Below, in pieces: positions 35,412-41,991 of a stretch of DNA of 41,991 bases (its first letter is position 1; the number at the start of each line of letters is the position of its first letter). The notes under the pieces are model-generated. The model was not told the origin of the DNA and made no database searches. It was given only the letters and a program-made list of their open reading frames with translations. The stretch is taken from the IMG/VR virus record IMGVR_UViG_3300045988_086160; one strand, 5' to 3'. The stretch is from a virus. Position numbers and translations under genes: made by a program.

Positions 35412-36290
35412 TTAAGACAGCCTGTAGATATAGTACGTTTCGTCATATGACGTGACTTCATGTTCCTCGCCGTCATATGACGAAATGAAATGCCCGCGTC
35501 CGTCGGCTGCAATTGCGTCTTCGACGAACTCATTCAAATCGTCAATCAACGCTTGGATAATTGCGTTCGCGCCTTCGCAAAGTCTTTTTTGTACAGCCCG
35601 AATCGCAAGCCGTAAATCATTCAAATCGACGGGGTCGTCACAATACACAATGTCGTGTTTTAAGTGTTCAGCTATGAACTCGGGGTTGAATGCCCACAAT
35701 TCGGCTTTGATTATCTGGTATGCAAGCGCATATGCCCGCTCGTCTTCAAGCACATAAAACTCTTCGCCGCAAGCTTCATACCGATACTCGCTGTAGGGGC
35801 TGCTGAAATAGCGGGCAACCGTGACTGATTTCATATCGTCTTCGGTGTAGCCGTCGCGTTGGGCTATGAATTTTTTCAAGGCAACCTCTTCCGGGTAGCT
35901 TTTTTCAGTGAGCGTTTGCTCATTGTCTTCGTCCTCCTTCTCATCGAGTATCTTTTGAACTTTGTCGTTTCCCAGACTGTCTTCCTCCGACAGGATATAG
36001 TCGGCAATGTCTTCAGCAAATATCGGCAATTCCCACGCGCCGTACGAATCAAGATTACCGTATCCGTCGGTGCCCCAGAAGTCTTTCATGAAGTCAAAGT
36101 CGCCAGACCGAATCATGCGTACAAGTTCCCATTTTTCGACGCCGTCGAGCACTTCTTCAAGCTCGTCCATGTCGTATATATAGTCGTCCGCGCAGTTAGC
36201 GGCAGCGCAATAAGCATTATGCAATGCAATTTTATCGTCGATGCCCATGCCGTTGATATAATCAACGAGTTTCTTTTTCATTTCGTTCAT
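35412..36290 (-). CDS. Very acidic hypothetical protein (island gene 1; possible DNA mimic)
   Basis: 292 aa. My hand count gives about 69 Asp/Glu versus about 27 Lys/Arg. The C-terminus GRGHFISSYDGEEHEV..YYIYRLS faintly resembles ArdA-type proteins. Confidence 0.65.
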   Translation of the reverse strand: MNEMKKKLVDYINGMGIDDKIALHNAYCAAANCADDYIYDMDELEEVLDGVEKWELVRMIRSGDFDFMKDFWGTDGYGNLDSYGAWELPIFAEDIADYILSEEDSLGNDKVQKILDEKEDEDNEQTLTEKSYPEEVALKKFIAQRDGYTEDDMKSVTVARYFSSPYSEYRYEACGEEFYVLEDERAYALAYQIIKAELWAFNPEFIAEHLKHDIVYCDDPVDLNDLRLAIRAVQKRLCEGANAIIQALIDDLNEFVEDAIAADGRGHFISSYDGEEHEVTSYDETYYIYRLS

Positions 36291-36339
36291 TTTGTTGTTC
36301 CTTCCTGGTTTCGGGTTTTCCTTCCCTTTTGATAGTTAC

Positions 36340-36368
36340 AGTATACCAGATACGGCGGCGCATTGCAA
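36340..36368 (-). promoter_or_regulatory. Promoter of the minus-strand operon, TTGCAA-17-TATACT
   Basis: Read on the minus strand: -35 at 36363-36368 and -10 at 36340-36345, with an exact 17-nt spacer, about 45 nt upstream of ATG 36290. Confidence 0.55.
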
Positions 36369-36539
36369 GCATTTTTTGAAAATATACAACGAGCAGCAGA
36401 TAGTATAATCCCTTTACTTTATTAGGTTTTTTCTATTGCAGATTGAAGCAGGAGGATATATCTTTAAAATTGTTTGGTATATTTTGAGTGCGTATTATGA
36501 TATTGTATTGTTATGATTCAGTTAACATGAAATATATTT

Positions 36540-37010
36540 TGCGTGCAATTGTGACAGCTCCGGAGGCTGCACAATGCGATAGCTGTATATCATAGCCTAT
36601 GTTACAATGCCCGATATAATTATGGTACTGCATTTTATCGTATGCCGTCTGCGTACCGTGCCTTGCTATGCTTTACACTCCGCCATGCTTATTTATTGTA
36701 TGAGTACATAAATGCTTGTTTTACGCTGTTTTTGCTTCCCTGCTTTGCTGTCGGCGTACGTGCTGTCGTTCCGCCATGTACTATGTAAAATATTAATAGC
36801 GTAACATTGCTATGCGGTATTATGCAGTGTATGCAGCTTGCCTTGCTTGAGTATGCGATACTATGCAAGATTATAATTGCTGTTTATTTGCTGCTGCTAT
36901 TGCATTGTGTGCGGGCTATTGCGTGCATATTGCTATTGCTTTGTGGTTGTTTATTGTGTGTGTTGTCGGTATTGTGCTATGAAATAATGACAGAGAGTAA
37001 GCCCCACGGT
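36540..37010 (+). repeat. T/G-rich non-coding tract of degenerate short repeats
   Basis: Recurrent GCCTTGC, CTATTGC, TATGC and TGCTATTGC units. Contains two CCGCCATG boxes (36680-36687, 36771-36778). No RBS-supported ORF. Confidence 0.7.
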
Positions 37011-37076
37011 GGGGGATATGCGGTATGAGTGCAGAAACAACTTTACCCCTCTGACCACATTTCAACAAAAAGACCC

Positions 37077-37105
37077 TTTCTTCAAACACTGTTTCATGAT
37101 ATAAT
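37077..37105 (+). promoter_or_regulatory. Possible extended -10 promoter for terL (TGaTATAAT)
   Basis: TGATATAAT at 37097-37105. The -35 region is weak (TTTCTT). Confidence 0.35.
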
Positions 37106-37130
37106 AAATACATACCATAGGAGGCACAGT

Positions 37131-38807
37131 ATGGACATAGCAAAGCTAATTTTCGAACGCATAGAAGAAGACCCGACCAATGCTGAGGCATGTAACGATT
37201 TAATCGACTGGTGCATTGCAGAAGCCGCCGCAAAGCCGAAAAAGACGCATTATTACAGTGCTGAGCTTAGGAAAGTGCTTTCAAAGCAACTGCGCAATAA
37301 GTGTGAAGGTGACGTTGAGCAATTATTCAACGCATACAGACGGAGCTTGTTGTTTGATGCACCTGATTCATTTGACGCATATTTGCTGTATTTAGAGATA
37401 GACAGACCGCCAGCAGAACGATTCTATCAGCCCAGAAGAAAACGGCTCAAAGAGGTTGTAGACGCATTGCAGGCACTCACAGACAACGAGCTTGATGAGC
37501 TGTTCATCAGTATGCCGCCAAGAGTGGGCAAGAGTACAATACTTTTGTTTTATGTTACTTGGCTGATTGGCAGAAATGATGAGCGGTCGAATTTGTATAG
37601 TGCATATTCAAGCACGATAACGCAAGCGTTTTATAACGGCATATTGGAGGTACTCACCGACCCTATCACATACCGATGGGCTGACGTGTTCCCGAATGAG
37701 CGGATAGCGAAAACGAATGCGCAGGAAACGACAATTGATTTAGGGCGCAAGAAGCGTTATGCCAGCCTTACATGCAGGTCATTGTACGGAACGCTTAACG
37801 GTGCGTGTGACTGCAACGGTGTAGTTATATCGGATGACCTTATCGGCGGCATAGAAGAGGCACTGAACCGTGACAGGCTTGTTTCGGCATGGAGCAAAGT
37901 CGATAACAATTTGTTACCGAGAGCGAAAGAAACGGCGAAAGTGTTGTGGTGCGGTACACGTTGGAGCATGATTGACCCTGCGGGACTTAGGATGGAGCTG
38001 TTGATGAACAGCGACCAATACAAAAAACGTCGGTTTAAGATAATAAACATTCCCGCACTCGATGAGAACGATGAATCCAACTTTTACTATGATTACGATG
38101 TGGGATTCAGTACGGAGTATTACCGCCAGAGACGTGCTTCATTCGAACGCAACAACGATATGGCATCATGGGTTGCGCAGTACATGGGCGAACCTATAGA
38201 GCGTGAAGGCACGGTATTCAATCCTGAGGATATGCGGTACTACAACGGCGAACTTCCGGAAGGCGAGCCTGATAGGGTGTTCCTTGCGTGTGACCCGTCA
38301 TTCGGCGGCGGCGACTATTGTGCCGCTCCCGTGTGCTACCAGTACGGTGAAGACATTTACGTTCACGATGTTGTGTACGATAACGGCGATAAGCGCATAA
38401 CCCAACCCCTGCTTGCAAGAGCGATAATTGACAACAACGTCAGGACGGCGCAATTTGAAGCCACAAAGGCTACTGAGACGTACAGAGACGGCGTACAAGA
38501 GCTTTTAAAGCAAAAGGGGTACAGAATATCGATAACGACAAAAGCCGCTCCTACACGCACTACAAACGGCGTGAGCGCAATGAAGGAACAGCGCATACTC
38601 GATAAAGCACCTGAAATCCGTGAACGGATGATATTCCGTGAAGAGGGGAAACGCACAAAACCGTATTCGTTGTTCATGCAGAATGTATTCTCGTTCAAAT
38701 TCATGGGCAAGAACAAGCATGATGACGCTCCCGACAGCCTTGTTATGGCAATGAACATGGTGACAGGCAGACGGCAGAGGGCTGATATATTCCAGCGACC
38801 GTTCTAA
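37131..38807 (+). CDS. terL: Terminase large subunit
   Basis: AGGAGG RBS before ATG 37131 (the track start is 37029). Walker A SMPPRVGKST. C-terminal nuclease-type acidic motifs. 558 aa. Confidence 0.9.
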   Translation: MDIAKLIFERIEEDPTNAEACNDLIDWCIAEAAAKPKKTHYYSAELRKVLSKQLRNKCEGDVEQLFNAYRRSLLFDAPDSFDAYLLYLEIDRPPAERFYQPRRKRLKEVVDALQALTDNELDELFISMPPRVGKSTILLFYVTWLIGRNDERSNLYSAYSSTITQAFYNGILEVLTDPITYRWADVFPNERIAKTNAQETTIDLGRKKRYASLTCRSLYGTLNGACDCNGVVISDDLIGGIEEALNRDRLVSAWSKVDNNLLPRAKETAKVLWCGTRWSMIDPAGLRMELLMNSDQYKKRRFKIINIPALDENDESNFYYDYDVGFSTEYYRQRRASFERNNDMASWVAQYMGEPIEREGTVFNPEDMRYYNGELPEGEPDRVFLACDPSFGGGDYCAAPVCYQYGEDIYVHDVVYDNGDKRITQPLLARAIIDNNVRTAQFEATKATETYRDGVQELLKQKGYRISITTKAAPTRTTNGVSAMKEQRILDKAPEIRERMIFREEGKRTKPYSLFMQNVFSFKFMGKNKHDDAPDSLVMAMNMVTGRRQRADIFQRPF

Positions 38808-38818
38808 ACTACAAACCC

Positions 38819-38847
38819 TTGACAAACATTTTAGAATGTGTTACGAT
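38819..38847 (+). promoter_or_regulatory. Possible promoter, TTGACA-17-TACGAT
   Basis: -35 at 38819-38824 and -10 at 38842-38847, between terL and the portal gene. Confidence 0.45.
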
Positions 38848-38879
38848 ATAATAGAGTATATAGAAACGGCGGTGGATGA

Positions 38880-40325
38880 ATGGGCGTTCCAAAATACAGA
38901 CTGAATTATTACGGCAGAGAGCCTATTTACACGGACGAAACTGCCGTTACTGCTGAAAACTTGCTTGATGTTTTGCAGAAAGCTTTCAAGGTGCATACCC
39001 TTAACCGTTCGGATATTGACTATTTGTATAATTACTATAAAGGCAAACAGCCGATTCTCGAACGCACGAAGGAGTTCCGCAAAGACATATGCAATGTTGT
39101 TGTAGAAAACCACGCAAATGAGATAGTGTCGTTCAAAACGGGCTATCTTATGAGCAACGCAATACAATACGTTTCAAGAGACGGCGATGTGCGCAACGTT
39201 GATGCTGTTGATGCGTTGAACAAGTACATGCAGGCGGCTTCAAAGGCTTCGTGTGACAGAGTGCTTGCCGAATGGTTTGCGATATGTGGTGTTGCTTACA
39301 GAATCGTACTCAAGCGTGACGATGCAGAGGGCGGTGACGTAAACCCGATTATGGCATACAACCTTGACCCCAGAAACACGTTTGTGGTGTACTCAAGCGG
39401 CATTGGGCATGAGCCTATGCTCGGCGTTTCCTACGTTCAGCACGGTGACGGCTCGGTTATTCTGTCTTGCTACACGAAAACGGAGTATTTCAAGGTCGGC
39501 TATCCCGCCACTGTCGGATTGAACGGCATGGGCGCAATACAGGAACATACCGAACATATCCTCGGCGACATTCCGATAATCGAATACCTACAGAACCCTG
39601 CAAGGCTCGGCGCATTCGAAACCGTATTGACGCAGCTTGACGCACTGAACATTATTTCATCGAACCGCCTTGACGGTGTAGAACAGTTTATACAGTCCAT
39701 CCTTGTTACCAAAGGCATTGACCTAATCGATGACAGCGGCGAGAAGATTGACCTTTATGCGCAATTGCGCGAAATGCTCGGACTGAACCTTCCTGCCGAC
39801 GGTGACGCAAAGTATTTGACGCAGGAACTTAACCAAACGCAAACGCAAACGCTTGTTGACTACCTTTATCAGTCCGTACTTGTTGCTTGCGGTATGCCAA
39901 ACAGGAACGGCGGCTCAAGCACTTCGGACACAGGCACTGCCGTTACCATGCGTGACGGTTGGGCTGATGCGGAAGCAAGGGCAAAAGACACCGAACAGAT
40001 GTTTGAGCCTTCGGAACGGCGTTTTCTCGGCATTGTACTGCGGATACTTGACGCAACACGGCACATAACGCTTGCCAATGACGATATTGCTATCGTATTT
40101 ACACGGCGTAATTACGAAAACATGCAGAACAAGGCACAGGTGTTTGCAACGCTTAGAGCAATTGAAAGCTTCCCGCCTTTGCTTGCATACGAAATCAGCG
40201 GCATTACTCCCGACCCGACAAGGGGCTGGCTTATGGAGCAGGAATATGCGGCTTCACAGGAACGCAAAAAGCTTGAGACGTACAAGGCAATGAACACGAT
40301 TGACCTGCACGGAGGCAATGAATGA
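38880..40325 (+). CDS. Portal protein (SPP1 gp6-like)
   Basis: 481 aa. ...LNRSDIDYLYNYYKGKQPILERTK...VVENHANEIVSFKTGYL... is the typical SPP1-type portal N-terminal pattern. Follows terL. Confidence 0.9.
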   Translation: MGVPKYRLNYYGREPIYTDETAVTAENLLDVLQKAFKVHTLNRSDIDYLYNYYKGKQPILERTKEFRKDICNVVVENHANEIVSFKTGYLMSNAIQYVSRDGDVRNVDAVDALNKYMQAASKASCDRVLAEWFAICGVAYRIVLKRDDAEGGDVNPIMAYNLDPRNTFVVYSSGIGHEPMLGVSYVQHGDGSVILSCYTKTEYFKVGYPATVGLNGMGAIQEHTEHILGDIPIIEYLQNPARLGAFETVLTQLDALNIISSNRLDGVEQFIQSILVTKGIDLIDDSGEKIDLYAQLREMLGLNLPADGDAKYLTQELNQTQTQTLVDYLYQSVLVACGMPNRNGGSSTSDTGTAVTMRDGWADAEARAKDTEQMFEPSERRFLGIVLRILDATRHITLANDDIAIVFTRRNYENMQNKAQVFATLRAIESFPPLLAYEISGITPDPTRGWLMEQEYAASQERKKLETYKAMNTIDLHGGNE

Positions 40326-40924
40326 CGGATTATTTTGACATTGTAGATGATGCAATTGATTCGTTGAAAGCGCAAGTCGCTATACTGTACTATGATTTGC
40401 GCAAGAATGTGGCAAAATTCGATTCAATCAACGTTATCGGCAACATGAACACGCTGAAACAGCGGATTTTGCAGTTGTCCATTGATGCGTTCTCCGCTAT
40501 GGCGACAAAGCTCCATGCCGAATTGTCCGAAAAGGCGCATTCGGAAGCCCCTACACGCTCATGGGTTCGTGAACGCATGTATGACTACTGCCGAACCACA
40601 AAGTACGTTATAGCGCATGAGATTGAACGCAAGTGCGACAGGGCGGCAGAGGCGGTTATATGCTCAAACAAGCCCAAAGACGAATTGGACAATGCACTCA
40701 GGCTTATGCTGCTTACGCTACTTGCGGCTGGCGAATACATAACCTATGAGGTTGTTTTAAAAACATTCAAGGATGATGGTGCTGAAAAGGTACGTTGGGT
40801 TGCCGAGAAAACCATTCGTACTTGCGACACCTGCCTTGACAGAGACGGCGAAATTTACCCGATAGGCAGTGTTCCGCCGCCCCCACATGTTAACTGTCGT
40901 TGTATACTCGAACGAGTATATTGA
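40322..40924 (+). CDS. Head morphogenesis protein (SPP1 gp7 / Mu F-like)
   Basis: C-terminal TCDTCLDRDGEIYPIGSVPPPPHVNCRCIL is the hallmark of the gp7/Mu F domain. Overlaps the portal stop. Confidence 0.8.
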   Translation: MTDYFDIVDDAIDSLKAQVAILYYDLRKNVAKFDSINVIGNMNTLKQRILQLSIDAFSAMATKLHAELSEKAHSEAPTRSWVRERMYDYCRTTKYVIAHEIERKCDRAAEAVICSNKPKDELDNALRLMLLTLLAAGEYITYEVVLKTFKDDGAEKVRWVAEKTIRTCDTCLDRDGEIYPIGSVPPPPHVNCRCILERVY

Positions 40925-40938
40925 CGGTTTTGAATATA

Positions 40939-40981
40939 TCAGAGAGAACTGTAAACACACTACTCAGAGAGAACTGTAAAC
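40939..40981 (+). repeat. Perfect 18-bp tandem direct repeat, TCAGAGAGAACTGTAAAC x2
   Basis: Copies at 40939-40956 and 40964-40981, separated by 7 bp, in the gap upstream of the scaffold gene. Confidence 0.95.
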
Positions 40982-40996
40982 GCGAAAGGATTTATT

Positions 40997-41569
40997 ATGG
41001 CAAAGATTGATACTGCAAAGATTGAGGGATATGCCGATATGACGGCGGAAGAAAAACTTGCCGCTCTTGAAGGCTACGATATTCCCGAACCCGATATGAA
41101 AGGGTTTGTGTCAAAAGCTCAGTTTGACAAAACCGCTTCGGAGCTTGCGTCATGGAAAAAGAAACATAACGCACTTGCGGCGCAGGGCGAAAACGTGCAG
41201 AATGCGCAGAGTGAAGAGATTGAGACGTTGAAGCAAACGGTTGCGGCACTTCAAAAAAATGAGAAAATTAATGCGCAGACTGTACAGCTTACGGCACTCG
41301 GCTACGATGCCGAACTTGCCAAAGCGACTGCAACGGCAATGATTGACGGTGATTTTGCAACCGTAATGTTGAATCAGCAGAAATTTATCACCGAACATGA
41401 TAAGTCCTATAAGGCACAGCTGATGGGCGGCACACCTAAACCCGTGGGCGGCACTGTCGGCGGCAGCGCAATTGATTATACAAAGCTTATTGCGGACGCA
41501 AATGCACGAGGCGATATTACCGCCGTTGCATATTACACCCGCCTGCAAGGGCAAAACAAAACGAATTAG
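40997..41569 (+). CDS. Scaffolding protein
   Basis: 190 aa, helical, Ala/Gln/Lys/Glu-rich. N-terminus MAKIDTAKIEGYADMTAEEKLAALEGY is GP20-scaffold-like. Lies directly upstream of the capsid gene. Confidence 0.75.
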   Translation: MAKIDTAKIEGYADMTAEEKLAALEGYDIPEPDMKGFVSKAQFDKTASELASWKKKHNALAAQGENVQNAQSEEIETLKQTVAALQKNEKINAQTVQLTALGYDAELAKATATAMIDGDFATVMLNQQKFITEHDKSYKAQLMGGTPKPVGGTVGGSAIDYTKLIADANARGDITAVAYYTRLQGQNKTN

Positions 41570-41580
41570 GAGTTTGAACA

Positions 41581-41991
41581 ATGGCAGATACTTTTGCTAC
41601 AAGTTTTGCGGTGCTTAACTATAGCGGTATGCTTTTCAATAAAGGCAATACCCGCACACCGCTTTCATCTATCATAGGCTCTCGTGCAAAAACTACCAAC
41701 CATGTAGAATTTGTCACTGGACAGAGCTATACTTCCGGCGGCGGCACTCAGCCTGCAATTTCCGAAACAGCCTCCCTTACCGCACCTGATGCTACTGTCG
41801 TTACCCGCACTCAGCAGACTAACGTCACTCAGATTTTCCAGGAAACTATCGGTATTTCGTACGCCAAACAGTCTAACATGGGAACGCTCAGTGGCGTAAA
41901 CATTCAGAATCAGAGTGCAAACCCGCTTAACGAACTCGATTTTCAGGTTGCGGCAAGAATGCAGAAAATTGCGGCGGATATTGAAGCAACC
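41581..41991 (+). CDS. Major capsid protein, N-terminal part (no stop in the window; continues at 120-722)
   Basis: AGGAG RBS before ATG 41581. 137 codons are open to the window end (MADTFATSFAVLNYSGMLFNKGNTRTP...). In frame with ORF 6-722 via the overlap. Confidence 0.8.
   Translation, partial: MADTFATSFAVLNYSGMLFNKGNTRTPLSSIIGSRAKTTNHVEFVTGQSYTSGGGTQPAISETASLTAPDATVVTRTQQTNVTQIFQETIGISYAKQSNMGTLSGVNIQNQSANPLNELDFQVAARMQKIAADIEAT
41873..41991. repeat. Terminal direct repeat copy 2 (identical to 1-119)
   Basis: See copy 1. Confidence 0.9.

Noticed and set aside
36807-37028. 73-aa Leu/Cys-rich ORF (MLCGIMQCMQLALLEY...)
   Set aside because: It has a non-ATG start and no RBS. Its hydrophobic Cys/Leu/Val composition is what a T/G-rich repeat tract encodes in any frame. 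A real small membrane protein cannot be excluded.

Overview
The window is a complete, circularly closed assembly of a tailed dsDNA phage with siphovirus-like gene order. Bases 1-119 are identical to 41873-41991, and this overlap rejoins the major capsid gene in frame, giving a unit length of 41,872 bp. Everything is on the + strand except one four-gene operon.

Modules in order:
- Capsid C-terminus, head-tail joining, major tail, G/GT chaperone with a GGGAAAC slippery site, tape measure, tail tip and fibres (1-11501).
- Lysis: NlpC/P60 endolysin and holin (11541-12892).
- A six-gene cargo cassette with spore-surface-like proteins (12910-15550).
- A promoter-to-terminator non-coding unit with two direct repeats (15547-15868).
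- Early recombination and replication genes (15974-21902): Gp157-like, Rad52-like annealase, SSB, a DnaD-like initiator carrying an (AAT)24 tract, a DnaC-like loader, RusA.
- Two degenerate NUMOD4/HNH-like paralogues, a dNTP-pyrophosphohydrolase-like gene, a run of small Cys-rich ORFs, and a Bro-N/KilAC antirepressor-like gene.
- A DNA-modification block (PAPS-reductase-like, ThyX, C5-MTase-like, Dam) and a P4/D5-type primase-helicase.
- terS (33177-33722), a 3.4-kb insertion, terL, portal, head-morphogenesis protein, scaffold and the capsid N-terminus.

Near-consensus sigma-A promoters (TTGACA-17-TATAAT) and GGAGG ribosome-binding sites point to a Firmicute host, probably a spore-forming clostridial one. 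I recognise no integrase, repressor or partition gene.

The most unusual region is the terS-terL gap. It holds two chromosomal-type parS (ParB/Spo0J) sites, five CCGCCATG boxes, T/G-rich degenerate repeat arms, and the only minus-strand operon (four unknown proteins, one extremely acidic).

All functional calls come from reading motifs by eye. No database search or folding program was available.
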